DNA from: Pecten maximus
Taxonomy: Eukaryota
Assembly (NCBI RefSeq): GCF_902652985.1
Contig: NC_047031.1
Location: 15,686,001 to 15,750,000, forward strand
Direction: 5' to 3'
Length of the DNA stretch: 64,000 nt
The notes below the pieces were generated by a model that was given only the letters and a program-made list of their open reading frames with translations, was not told the origin of the DNA and did not search any database. Both the position numbers and the translations under genes were made by a program. Shown in pieces: positions 1-13,500 of this stretch. Position 1 is the stretch's first letter; each line of letters begins with the position of its first letter.

Positions 1-410
1 TTAGGACGGCCACCCCTGTGTATTGTTTAACGTCCTATCAACAGCTAAGGTCATTTAAGGACGGCCTTCCATGTGTATTGTTTAACGTCCTATCAATCAG
101 CTAAGGCCATTTAAGGACGGCCGCCCCTGTGTGTCAGACTATTGATGTATGCGTGGTTTGGGAGGCTGCGTGATTTGGGAGACTGCGTGGTTGGAAGGCT
201 GCGTGGTTTGTGAGGCTGCGTGGTTGGAAGGCTGCGTGGTTTGTGAGGCTGCGTTGTTTGGGAGGCTGCGGTATGTTCATGTTTGTCTCCTTCAGATAAC
301 ACGAAACTGATGTCGACTTAATAGTGTTACCTCGTTGATTCAAACTGTTGACTACATTCAGCAGGACATCCCAACCGGTCACTTTACACTGACAACGGGC
401 GAACACATGT
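1..410 (-). mobile_element. Degenerate Meta-type SINE with duplicated 3' tail and internal short repeats
   Basis: Tail motif gtttaacgtcctatcaacagctaaggtcatttaaggacggc repeated in 1-135; ggaggctgcgtggttt repeats at 150-270; the body matches the copy at 35593-36120. Confidence 0.75.
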
Positions 411-460
411 TTTCTTTTTCATAAAAGGCGATATGAGTGACGATCTATGTATAATATTAC

Positions 461-1187
461 CTCGTGGTCACCACATTCTGTCACGACGTTACAGTCACGT
501 GGTTCAACAGTTAGGCTGCACGAGCCACATATCTGCCCAGCATCTGTAATGAAACAATGACAAGTAAGTTATTTCTCCTGTTCTTTAAGACGAACTGTAA
601 CAATTTCACTGCAACATGGCTTTTTTTCGTGATGGACATCGTAAACATTGTTGAGCATTTCTCCGAAATCAATCATAATGGACATTAAAGAAATATTACC
701 TGTTAAGCCAAAAATGACAGCAAAACAGCACAAGGTGAGTCTGAAATGAGAAAATTGGAGTATGACATAATACTAACGGGATTTAACGAGATCTTATCTG
801 CTAAAGCCACCCACGGAAATCCCGTTATACTCTTGTCCGAGGCGATTCCTGTCTTTAACTCAAAGAATGTAGACGTGGAGTGGCGTAGTCATTGTTCATA
901 ACGTCCTGACAATTTCTTACTTATTAAGGATATATGTAATGTTTTCAGCACAATAATTCACAAAGTCAAAGCTCTAATATTTCTGCCTTCACGTTGTTGA
1001 TAATGTTATGACCTTATCGGTTGATATTTTGGTGATGATTGTGATTTTTTAATAAGTGCATATGTTTATATCCATGCTGGAAGTATATCAGCAAAAATAA
1101 TAAAGAAATTATTTATATATTTTGAGAAGTTTTCACGTCAAAAATAAAGAAATATGTATCATACCTTATACTTATTTGCGAGTCCAT
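461..1187 (-). CDS. 5' part of a secreted cysteine-rich protein gene (3 exons; continues beyond window start)
   Basis: Exons 1187-1165, 740-700 and 543-461 all have GT/AG junctions and compatible phases (2,1,0). They splice to MDSQISIRLTLCCFAVIFGLTDAGQICGSCSLTVEPRDCNVVTECGDHE: a signal peptide followed by a CxxC...C...C motif resembling Ly6/three-finger-like repeats. Absent from the ORF track. Confidence 0.75.
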
Positions 1188-2209
1188 TGTCAGTGATAGC
1201 AGGCTCTAGAGAGGGACGAAAGGCGATAACGAGACCCGGGGAAGTATCGCTCAGCGAGTACACTAGATTGAACTAAATAGATAAGGAAAGTGTGCCGGCG
1301 TTATCGAGTCTTTCAAATCAAGTGCACCGTATTGTTGTGCAATATCTCTGTACTTGTTTGGCTTTTCAAGTAGTAACATGAATATAGTTTTTGTTATGGA
1401 GTTATAACGCCAAACATCGGATTGACGAGAGTTCGCTCTGTTTGTTTGTGTTGTAGCTCCATAATATCAACATACTGTATATTCAAGTAAATCCTAATAT
1501 GATATGATTACTTTACATAATCTCTGTGGAGAATCTTTCCTCTTAGAAACTTGGAGATTACACAGTTGTATTAGCCAATCAAAAGCGACGTTACAAACGG
1601 CGACGATATGTGTACAGTATGGTCTGATGAAATTGCTTGGTATAAGCAATATAAAATACATATTTGTGTTCGATTAATGATTTGGTCGTTTGTTACGTTC
1701 CCATTAATGTATTAGCAAATATGGATGTAAATAATCGGAAATAGCAAACAATTCATTTAATTATTTTAATCTATGACCCCGCCACCGTTTGAAATGATCC
1801 CGTTCTGCTATATAATGCATCCTCAAATTCTAAAATTGCCTGATATTTCAGGCATACTTAAATTCAATGTACGATTAACGTATGCTTTATTAAAATGTTA
1901 AACTCATTATAACATTTGTTGAATTAAAAAAGTGACATTAAGCTTGGTGATTATTTTTTATTGCCAATACATTTAAATGCTTGTTTTTTGAGACATTAAA
2001 TTCAATTTTAACCACATGGCAAACATTAAGGGCAATGTATAGGCAGAACAAAAATTGTGTCAAATAGTTCTTTTAGTGTAAATTTCTTGCGAAGGTTTGT
2101 AAGGTGTAGCAATAGATAACACAAAGTCAACAGAACAAACAAGTGCTGAACTAGGACCTTGATAATGATAGGCGAATGTACTAACATATCATATATGATA
2201 AGAGAGGTT

Positions 2210-3610
2210 AACCAAAACTTAACACCAAAACTTAACATAATAACTTAACATCAAAAGAATTTAACACCAGAGTTTAACACAAAAACTTAACACCAAACCT
2301 TGACACCAAACCTTGACAACAAAACTGAACACCAAACCTTGACACCAAACCTTGACAACAAAACTGAACACCAAACCTTGACATCAAACTTTGACACCAA
2401 ACCTTGACACCAAACCTTGACAACAAAACTGAACACCAAACCTTGACACCAAACCTTGACACCAAACCTTGACAACAAAACTGAACACCAAACCTTGACA
2501 CCAAACCTTGACACCAAACCTTGACACCAAACCTTGACAACAAAACTGAACACCAAACCTTGACACCAAACTTTGACACCAAACCTTGACAACAAAACTG
2601 AACACCAAACCTTGACACCAAACCTTGACACCAAACCTTAACAACAAAACTTAACACCAAACCTTGACACCAAACCTTGACACCAAACCTTGACACCAAA
2701 CCAAACCTTGACACCAAACCTTGACACCAAACCTTGACACCAAACCTTGACTCCAAACCTTAACACCAAACCTTAACACCAAACCTTAACAACAAAACTG
2801 AACACCAAACCTTGACACCAAACCTTGACACCAAACCTTGACACCAAACCTTGACAACAAACCTTGACACCAAACCTTGACACCAAACCTTAACAACAAA
2901 ACTGAACACCAAACCTTGACACCAAACCTTGACACCAAACCTTGACAACAAACCTTGACACCAAACCTTAACAACAAAACTTAACACCAAACCTTGACAC
3001 CAAACCTTGACACCAAACCTTGACACCAAACCTTGACACCAAACCTTGACACCAAACCTTGACTCCAAACCTTAACACCAAACCTTAACAACAAAACTGA
3101 ACACCAAACCTTGACACCAAACCTTGACACCAAACCTTGACAACAAACCTTGACACCAAACCTTGACACCAAACCTTAACAACAAAACTGAACACCAAAC
3201 CTTAACAACAAAACTGAACACCCAAACCTTGACACCAAACCTTGACACCAAACCTTGACAACAAACCTTGACTCCAAACCTTGACACCAAACCTTGACAC
3301 CAAACCTTGACTCCAAACCTTGACACCAAACCTTGACACCAAACCTTGACAACAAAACTGAACACCAAACCTTGACACCAAACCTTGACAACAAAACTGA
3401 ACACCAAACCTTAACACCAAACCTTAACACCAAACCTTGACAACAAACCTTGACTCCAAACCTTAACACCAAACCTTGACACCAAACCTTGACTCCAAAC
3501 CTTGACACCAAACCTTGACACCAAACCTTGACAACAAAACTGAACACCAAACCTTAACACCAAACCTTGACAACAAACCTTGACAACAAAACTGAACACC
3601 AAACCTTAAC
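2210..3610. repeat. 13-bp minisatellite (ACACCAAACCTTG)n with variant units, about 100 copies
   Basis: Directly visible; variants acaacaaaactga and actccaaaccttg. Degenerate aaacttaacacc flanks at 2210-2290 and 3950-4430. Confidence 0.97.
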
Positions 3611-3644
3611 AAGTGCAATCGATGATTGCAAAATCTCACAGTCC

Positions 3645-3940
3645 ACAAAATGGTAAAATGCGAAAAAGTCACGATTTGTTTTCTGCATGATATTGCTATA
3701 CTATCACTCCTAGACCTCTAATGAATGTATAAACCAAATAAGAAGGGTGTGAAGTGTGTACTTTTAGACTTACAAGCTTTCAAAAAACTTACCCCAAAAA
3801 CTTTAAAGTGGGTTTTGGTGCCAAAAAAGTTAAGTTTACAAAATGGTAAAATGCAAAAAAATCATAATTTTTTTCTGCATGATATTGCTATACCATCACT
3901 CCTAGACCTCTAATGAATGTATAAACCATATAGAAGGGCG
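3645..3940. repeat. Direct duplication of a ~100-bp block (period ~194 bp) embedded in the 13-bp array region
   Basis: caaaatggtaaaatgc...gatattgctata...atcactcctagacctctaatgaatgtataaacca occurs at ~3645 and ~3839. Confidence 0.85.
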
Positions 3941-5444
3941 ACAGCATTAGCTTAAAACTAAACTTAACATCAAATATTAACACAAGAACTTAACACCATA
4001 GCTTAACACTGTGTTTTTCACGATGACGGCCATCTTGGATATCGGACCGATCTGGATAATAACAACACTTGGTCAGGACTCTTATTGGTATCGATATAGT
4101 AGTACTAGTTAGAGCACAGTCCCTTGTGTGGAACTTGAGAAGTAGTTTGAAAAGAGACAAGTTTACGCATGACACCGGATGGACGAAGCACGATGAATAT
4201 AGGTCCAAACAAAACTTAAAACCAACAACTATCACTAAAACGTAACAAAATATACCAACCTTTACTTAAACTTAACAAAAAACTTCCATTAAAACTTAAT
4301 ACTAAAAATGAACTTAAACTAAACAAAACTTAACACCAAAACGTAACAATACTTAACACTGAAACTCAATTAATACTTAGGTACCAAATCTTTACTCCGA
4401 AACTAAACTGATCCTTAACACCGAAAAGCAAACTTTGGTGTTTTCAAAGTGAATGCCTTTCATGATATGTAATGCCTATCAGTATGTTTCTAGATTTACT
4501 CAGATCTCAATACCACGACTTTCATTATGAGAACGCTACATTCTGTACTTGACTTAGACTAAGGCGTTTGTCCTGACGGATCACCTGGTGTTTCTTCTCA
4601 TTGTATATTTTCCACAGTTTCGTTGATAGCTATAATTTGTTCATATTTCCTCTTATTTTATCAATTTTGAACTTGGGTTTAGACATATCGGTATTTTCTG
4701 TTTGTTAGTGGATTATTGCAATAAGAATTAAATTTTAGGATCGCAAAACAAAACGGATGACCAGTGTCCAACATGACGACAATGTAAGATACTGGTTTGA
4801 AATGAAATATTCAAATCCTAAAAGTGGCTTCTTATGAATGATTCTACAAAGAAAATTACCCAAAATAACGGTTCTTTATTTGTTTCAAATACCAACGACT
4901 GTTAATTTGTTTGTAGTGAAACTATTAGGTGTAATGTCCAGTTTCTTTTCTGATAGAAATATACGACAACTCAAAATAGAAATAATTTTGAAGTATCATC
5001 TCAGATAACACATTCAACCGATACATTCTGATGACGTCATGGCATGAGTAAGGAGTGTTAATATCACGGCCAGGCAAGCATTAAGTGGAGACATGTATAA
5101 ATCTAAGCATGGAGCTATAAATAAGTCACAAGGTCAAATGTTATCTACGAATTCTCACGTTTTAATGACAAGGTCAGCTCACTCGCTATTGGATTAAACT
5201 CGACTACGTGTATCCTGTATAGGTAAAAAAAAAAAAAAATTTTTAAATTTAATTTTAATCACTAATTTAACAAAAACAAGACAAAAATAGTGCAATATGA
5301 CACGTGGTTTATTTTTAGACAGATACTGTATACATGAAACATGATCTTTTCTTTAATTAATTTATTTTGTTTTGAAACTACTTATACAGCTTCGCTTACA
5401 TATTTTGTGAGTTGGACGATTGGTACGCCCGTTTTCGGGATACA

Positions 5445-5650
5445 CTGTTGGATGTCTTCGGCAGTATACTTCAGTGAGATAGCACTATAATGTCGACATC
5501 AGTTCAGTGCCATCATAAGGAGACAACATGAATATACTGCAGTCTTCAAAAATACATACGCACTCACCACACACTTGCATCTCGTAAACAGGGGAGGTCA
5601 TCCTTATATGACAGCGGGGCATTTAACTAATCCACAACTAATCCAATAAC
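5445..5650 (+). mobile_element. Old Meta-type SINE 3' fragment
   Basis: gtcttcggcagtatacttcagtgagatagcactataa...catacgcactcaccacac matches the SINE body. Confidence 0.6.
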
Positions 5651-5958
5651 TAAAACACAAAGACAGATGTCATTTTATTGATTTGAATTCAGTAGTATTT
5701 CAATTCTTCAAAGTAAATGGAATATGCATGTATACAATACCACAGAAAATGAAAATTCTCTCCTTCAAACTACACTGAAATAAGAAACTGATAATGTTGT
5801 CGAAAGTCGTTCCTTGACGGAACCAGTATGGCGGTTAAGTCTAAGCTTTTACAAAATATTATTACTACAAGACAACAATTAATTCAGATTCGAAAACCAA
5901 AGCTTTCAAAGTGCTCTGTATTTTACCGTAAAAAAATCAAGCAACCTCAGAGCGATAG

Positions 5959-6445
5959 CTGGATAATGATTGTATACTTCCCTATCCGTCACTAAGGGCG
6001 ACGGCTGGATAATGACTGTATACTTCCCTACCTGTCACTAAGGGCAACGACTGGATAATGACTGTATACTTCCCTACCTGTCATTAGGGCAACGACTGGA
6101 TAATGACTGTATACTTCCCTATCTGTCACTAAGGGCGACGGCTGGATAATGACTGTATACTTCCCTACCTGTCACTAAGGGTGACGGCTGGATAATGATT
6201 GTATACTTCCCTACCCGTCACTAAGGGCGACGGCTGGATAATGACTGTATACTTCCCTACCCGTCACTAAGGGCGACGGCTGGATAATGACTGTATACTT
6301 CCCTACCTGTCACTAAGGGCGACGGCTGGATAATGATTGTATACTTCCCTACCCGTCACTAAGGGTGACGACTGGATAATGTACTATATACGTCCCTACC
6401 CGTCACTAAGGGCGACGACTGGATAATGATTGTATACTTCCCTAC
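5959..6445. repeat. 46-bp tandem repeat, ~10.5 copies
   Basis: Unit ctggataatgactgtatacttccctacccgtcactaagggcgacgg at 5959, 6005, 6051 onward; head-to-tail with no spacers. Confidence 0.95.
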
Positions 6446-6881
6446 ACGCCAACTCGTACTTAGTAAGTATACCGCATGCAGCTGGTATTCAACATCGGAA
6501 AAGGACAAATAATGTCCTGTATTCTCTACGAAACGCATACATATTGGACCATTTTTGAAAAGAAAGTGATCTGCCTTTTAAACCCAATATCAGAGTAATT
6601 CAATGCAATAAATTGATATAATATTGATGTTATATATAGTGAGAAAAGGTCCATTTTGTAATGGCTGAACAAAGTGTAACAGTCTGTCCATATAAACAGT
6701 AAATTATTGATGTTTTCAGAAAGTACATTTCCAGACAAATATTTTGATGGTTCTATCACAATCTGTTGGGGATTTGCTCGTTTTTTTTAATTCAACAATA
6801 ATTTTCTCTAAAGATGACCCCCAAAGTGTTGTTTTCTCATCAACGTCCATATACGATATGGTCATCTTTAAAACTTCAGAG

Positions 6882-7105
6882 TTTGCTTTGGTTTGTTTTT
6901 GTTTAACGTCTTATTAACAGCCAGGGTCATTTAAGGACGTGCCAGGTTTAGGAGGTGGAGGAAAGCCGGAGTACCCGGAGAAAAACCACCGACCTACTGT
7001 CAGTACCTGGCAACTGCCCCACGTAGGTTTCGAACTCGCAACACAGAGGTGGAGGGCTAGTGTTAAAGTGTCGGGACACTTTAACCACTCGGCCACCGCG
7101 GCCCC
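6882..7105 (-). mobile_element. Full-length tRNA-derived V-domain SINE with 13-bp TSD
   Basis: Minus strand: GGGGCCGCGGTGGCCGAGTGG (A box)...GAGTTCGAAACC (B box), V-like core ggtttttctccgggtactccggctttcctcc, tail ccttaaatgaccctggctgttaataagacgttaaac. TSD taaaacttcagag at 6869-6881 and 7106-7118. Confidence 0.9.
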
Positions 7106-7112
7106 TAAAACT

Positions 7113-7561
7113 TCAGAGCCCTTGGATGTTCAAACGTATAAAGTATACACAGACTATTAATATGATCGCGTGAGGTACAGTATTACGACTGCAGTTGGCA
7201 GTAAAAGAATAACCAAAACCTTTCTCCTCTCTTCCGGATAGCGTTAACTCCATTAGGAACCTTGATCCTCCAGGAACTGCTCTGATACTCTAATGTCAAA
7301 GTCGTGTCCGTAGAAAAGACGTGTGGGCGGAGCTCGTGTTTGATTGACAACTTCTATCAACTCCATCAACCAAAAGGTAACCATGGAAACATGATGTGGT
7401 AATGCCATTATTTTGAAAGCTCAGGTCAATGAAGGCGAGTCTTATGTTATTGTTACTTATCACGTGGTAAAAACAATAGATGTCGTCGTTGTCCATACTA
7501 GGGTAATTTATAGACGATATATATTGTGTTCTATTGTCAAATTCAATGGTTCCACCACAAT
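7113..7561 (-). pseudogene. Terminal CUB plus hydrophobic-tail exon with premature stops (frameshifted allele or assembly error)
   Basis: CGGTIEF...NYP...C frame hits TGA at 7296-7298 and TAG two codons later. The same frame resumes PGGSRFLMELTLSG...ANCSRNTVPHAIILIVCVYFIRLNIQGL* (stop 7113-7115). The intervening -1 frame reads HVFSTDTTLTLEYQS, which is CUB-like. Confidence 0.55.
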
Positions 7562-10500
7562 CTGGAAAAAATAAAATTTCACATCAATCTGAAACTATCT
7601 ATGCATTTCAGGTCAAATATTGTTTCTTTCACTTACTCCATAACACAAGTCATAGTGCCATCCAAAGAAGTAAGAAACGCAGATTTGTGATGTATTGCGC
7701 ATGAAACATGGCAAACATATCGTATCGACAATAATGGATCGAACGGTCAATAATCGGGAAACGAAATAAATATCAAGATATGAGACATTGCAGCAACGTT
7801 ATAGCTGAAAGCATACAGCGAAATAAAATTTGCGCCAATTGAAATTACAGTTTCTTTTGATTATAGGGATGCGGAGGCGATTCCGGAATTTGAGGCCGGT
7901 CCTCGTTTTGTATTATAGACAAAATCATCACTATTCAAAATAACGTTTTCCGTTGTTCGTATTTTACTGCCATTAAAGATTGCACCTAAAACTGTGTTGA
8001 ATTATTATATAACAACTCTTCAGCAAGCCACTCAGCATATACTTGTGTTATAAATTCAGTCACGGGCTAAAATTCGAGTGCGCCAAAATGTGTACGTTTA
8101 CATAACACCGAAGCTATATTTACATGCACGTGTCGTGACAACCTTTGTGGAATTGCTATCGACAGCTTCACCCAGACTTTCCATCCAAACCTCGAACGTC
8201 ACTCCAGGGCGATGACGTGTATTGATGACGTAGACAAAATCATCACTATTCAAAATAACGTTATCCCAGTCTTTGTCATTTGTCACTACGCTATCACTTG
8301 AATTCGATGTTATGATGCCTTGAATCCTACTGGAGTTCTGATGCCGATAGCTAATTCTGTATCCGGTGACGTAAGCAGGGTTCCGGTTTGGCGCAGTCCA
8401 TCTAACAATGATGCCATATGTTGAAGATGTAACCCGAAGACGTTCTGGGATTTCTGGAGCAGGTGCTACAATAAAAAACAAAAACAAAAAAAATCTTGCG
8501 TACAGGATATGAATTTCAAACATGAATATTTAAAAAAAATTGTACGTTCGGTGTAAACTTTGGCCCGTTTACGGTTACTGGTGTATTCATTACCCTTTAT
8601 TTGGTCTATTTTGCAAATTATTTCTTACTTTAGATTTTAATTATTTCCCTGTGTGCTCGTTTCCATTCATACATGTTACAGATTCAATATTGCCCAAACC
8701 TAGACAGTTATTTTCCTCCCTTTGTTGAAACACTTCCAAACTTTGTATATATACTCACCAACAGCTTTGACAGAAAATATGAACCCGTTGTCCTGTATGT
8801 GCCCGTTAGAAGCGAACACAATCACAATATATTTTTTCTTGTATAATAATGTATTTTGTATATTTGATCCGCAATGACGAAATCCATCGATCTCCAAAAA
8901 GTCCGACTCACAACCGGTTGAGTTTTCCAATTTAAAACTTTCAATGCTCATTTTGAGCCAATACAGTTCCATAGTTGATATTATCCATTTGCATACGACA
9001 TCTGGCGGATAAATATTCTGACCATTTCTAGGGGAGATAACTAGCATTGTGTCCCGATGATGTAGTGTTCTATTCCCACCGCAATCTAAAAAATAAATGA
9101 AAATAAAAAACACACAAGTATAAGCTTTACAAGGGGGCTTCCAACAACATTACTTATTTGTAAGTGGTTATAGTAAAGTTTAAAATAGATGGCTATGTTG
9201 AAGCTTGCGTAGTTATACTGATGATTTGGTGTTAAGTGCGTGAACCTGATTTTATCAATTTCTGACCATAACCAAACAACAGCGCCACCTAGCGTGCAAT
9301 AGTAGAACAATGTGCGACATTCATGTATGAAAATTCGGATCGCTTTAATTTTAACAATCTATTTTATTTGAAATAAATTCCCTCGTGTTACGTCTACAAA
9401 TGGTGACATCACAGACAGTAGGTAACCAATCACTGCGTATAAATAAAGCTTGCGGGCCAATCAAAGTAGACAGACTATTTATATCCTTGTGGAGTCTCCA
9501 CAGTATGGCTGATACAGCGACTGATTACATAGCTACCACCCTTGGATAGTAGCAATAAAAACGTACCGATGTAGGGAAGTGAACCTCATGCAAATAGTAC
9601 CCGACACAATTCAGTTGTCTTGCATGAAAATCACTTCATTTCATCAATCCATGCAATCATTGAATATACCACACAACTCTTAAGACTATTAATTAATGAC
9701 GTCATAGTAACATCAATATATTTCTGTAATTTTGATGAGGTATTGAAAGCGTATTTATTTTCGCTCAAGCATGTTTGCGTCCCGACACTTTATCACTAGC
9801 CCACCACCTCTGGGTTGCGAGTTCGAAATATACGTGGGGCAGTTGCCAGGTACTGACCGTAGGCCGGTGGTTTTCTCCGGGTACTCCGGCTTTCCTCCAC
9901 CTTCAAACCTGGCACGTCCTTAAATGACTATGGCTGTTAATAGGACGTTAAACAAAAACAAACCAAAGTTTTGCCACAATGTATTGCCGTTGAACCCTAT
10001 ATGCAGACGAGATGAAAGTGTAACAATATTGCGATCAGTATCCATTATACATTGTCCAACGGAATATATACGGCGGCGTCAGAGAGGATACGTTGTTGAC
10101 ACTATTACTCCCCTGGACATTCAAAATCACTATATCTGTCGCTATTTTGATCATATGCCGAATTGATTTCAGTACCCCTTTCATTCTCCGATCCGCATGG
10201 CCTTAACATACATGTACGCGTATATGTTTATGATATATATCTATATCAGACTTACATGTTCGGACGTACACTGGTTTAGAAGTATTACTCCGACCGTCTT
10301 CCGTAACAGCCATGATACTGATTGTGATCAATCTTCCTTCGTAGCCTCGAATACTTAATAAATGCTGAGTGGATGAAGCGTTCACTCTGACCTCCTGACC
10401 TTCAACATCAGGTATGACGTCATACAGTATTACGTACTCGATGATGTCATCTTCACGTGGAGGTGCCTCCCAAGTAATAAATATGTCGCTTCCCGTCAAA

Positions 10501-13500
10501 TGGACGTGTACATTCGTCGGTGATGAGGTTGGAGGAGCTATGTATAAATCATACATAATACATCAAAATGTATTTCAGATCATATGTCAAATTCATCACA
10601 ATTGTTCGCTATGTTAACACATGCTATCCACTTTCTGATATAATTTGTATTTAAAATTTTGAAAGATAAAACAAATAGAAAAAAAGATTTTCTTTAAATC
10701 CAAAATGCTTTCAGGAAACTGGACCAATACCATAACATTGACGGAAATCTGGTGCGAGTGTTCCGTAACGTCACTGTAGTTTTACTTACTTAGTTCGGTC
10801 CGATGCCACAAAAGAGAATAAGGTTCTCATGTCTGTAATTTGAAATTAGTTGTCACGAGTATGTTTAAAGTCGGAACATTCGATCATAAAATGTGTAACG
10901 GTGGATGGGGAGTTACATTTATATCATACAGACGGGTCTTCCTGTTTTAAAAGGTGAGAATGAGTTAGGGAGGTACGATGTAAGTATAGTAGGATGTCGG
11001 GTGACGGTCACTTTCTCCCTGCGATAATTTCGATTTGGAGGACGTGTACCATAATTTGGCATGATTTGGAATAGTTTATTGTTTGTTTCCAGAGACCATC
11101 ACTGTTGTCATGGTCCTTAATGGACACTATTCACCAATATTTGTTATAATCAAGTGTAATATGCTACATATAGACTCCATCTATTCTGTTAAAGTGATAT
11201 TGCAAGATAGTAACAAAGACATTTAAATCGTAGTAATGGAGTTAAAAATCAATTAGTGGCAGTCATAATGCCGCTTTTGTGGCAAGATGAACTTTTTCAT
11301 TACCAGTTTTTGTTTTTGTGTTTTTGTTTTTGTTTAGTTACAACAAAATTATTGTGTTAACAAAACGATCAGATAACAGACAATTGCTATATAAGTTCTC
11401 TCCTGAACAAGTATCGCCGCATTTCAAGAGTCCAATCAAAATATAAAACGTGACTACTTACTATCAGATTATATAGTAAAATTGGTATTTTTCGTATAGC
11501 GACTTTCTGTTTCTATCAGAGACGGTATTATGTCATACGCCACTGCAAGACAGATAGAGAGTCAGAACCGATCATTGCTCTCGGTTGTTTTGTATGCGTT
11601 CATTGGTAAGGTAACTATTGTTGGCTTCTCCAGAAAATATTGAAGAAGCATTTAAAACCTGCATCTGTTACAACCATACTCTACTGATTGTCTTTGGAAT
11701 CACCAGGGAAGAACAATTTCAGCCAATCAGACAGCTTCCGTTAGGTTGCGCGAGAGTGCAATACAATGTTTTATAAAGATGTTGTATTTATGACATTGTG
11801 GTGAATGTTATGGAATGGGATCCAGTTTTAAAGGCATGGACATATACCTGTACAACTCTTTGTTTCTAGTTCTGATCCCAAACTATATTAAAATTCAGAT
11901 AACCTATATCAACCTTGGCCGATCTTTGCTCCAAAAATCAGCGTATCGAACAAAGTACCATAACTGTATATTATCAATACAAATATACAATGATGTCTCT
12001 ATGTAACAGTGATTCTAAAACAAGACAAAATTAAAACATACCGACAGATTTCACCATCATCCTTAATCCAGAGTATCGCTGACTGTCCGTACGTAATTGC
12101 AACTTTATAGAATTGCTTTTCATCACAAGTGGCCTCCTATCGCCGAGTACATGTGTGATGCTCTCATTGCGATTGATCACGGAAATAATTTTCCAGGACA
12201 AGTGCATGTCATATGATCCAACAGGATCCAAATATGATATCCTCAGATAGGACTGTGGTGATGTAGAGATACTCCAGGTACAGAGCGAGTATCTTTCGAT
12301 GTCCCGAGGGAAATTGGGCGATCTCAGTGTTATTGATTGTCCATCATTTATGAGAAATGACTCATTACATTCTGAAATATTTGAGAAACAGTAGGATGTC
12401 TTTATAAATTATAAGTGAATAAAGGATAAGGATTATGGACATGGTCTTGAAGCCTACCTTAAAATCGATAGAACGATGACAAAATACAAATAATGAACAC
12501 TACAAAGAGAAGACCGTGCGTTCCAGAAGGGTAAACGTCTTATGCTCAGTCGACGACATAGTGTCCAGCAAAATGCTTTTGATAACTGTGACAATTAATT
12601 CTTTCGTCATTGAATATCACAAGACAAGATCGATATATATATATATATATTTGTAATTTAAGTATTACAGATAATAAAGTGCAAACTTAAATCCCCTTTA
12701 TGTAATGAAAACAAAGGTTAAATTAAATGTTGATGTTGAATATAAAATGCAGTCATATAATTCTTGTCATACCTGATCGGATGATCACGGCTATTGTTCT
12801 GTTACTTTTCCAATGAGGCATGCCTAGACACAGCGAGATGTTGAAGAGTTGACCTCTGTGACCTTTCACATCAATGTCATACTTGGACTTGTTTGAAGTC
12901 ACGTGACTTTCTGTTTCAACTAGAGACGGTATTATATTATACGTCACTATGTATAACAGATTTGGCGCGCTTGGATTTTCATTCGTCCACGAAACGCGGA
13001 TGACGTCATCAATATTCTGTGTTGAGAAGTTAGCAGGGGGCGTAAGTGATGGTATAGCTGAAAACATCAGAGTAAGTCGACATTTAAACGTAATCGTAAA
13101 GCCGACACAAAATAAAACGAGTAAACCCACTTCGCCCAAATCATTCGGCATGCAATTCTATGTCAAATCCAGTTGGTTCCATTTGGATTTTATTTGAGAT
13201 ATACTAACAAAAAATAAGAATTTACCTTCAAAAGTGAAGTTGAAAATTGCACCTGTAGATCTACCGACGAACTTCACAGAGGTGACATTTGCTGTGACGT
13301 AGAACACATTTCGTGCGGTTGATGACGTTGTACACAATATTGGCTGACCCGTTATGTTTATATATGTTTGACACGAATCACTTGGTAGTATAAGTTTATT
13401 TTGTGTAACTTTGAACCACGTGCCGGCAGAGCACGTATACGTCCATTTGCATATCGTCATTGACTGATAATTTTCTGGGTAATGTGGAGACGTCAGATAG

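Noticed and set aside
2274-3672. Many overlapping ORFs rich in SRFGVKVWCQGLV
   Set aside because: Translation artefacts of a 13-bp tandem repeat in all three frames.
5959-6445. CRISPR-like regular array
   Set aside because: Units are contiguous with no unique spacers, there are no cas genes, and the context is eukaryotic.
6460-6520. Possible further exon of the FN3-CUB gene (DIICPFPMLNTSC...)
   Set aside because: The upstream exon already ends in a stop after a hydrophobic tail and has no suitable donor.
7030-7105. tRNA gene
   Set aside because: The A/B boxes belong to a SINE head followed by a V core, tail and TSD; other copies occur at 9777 and 60928.
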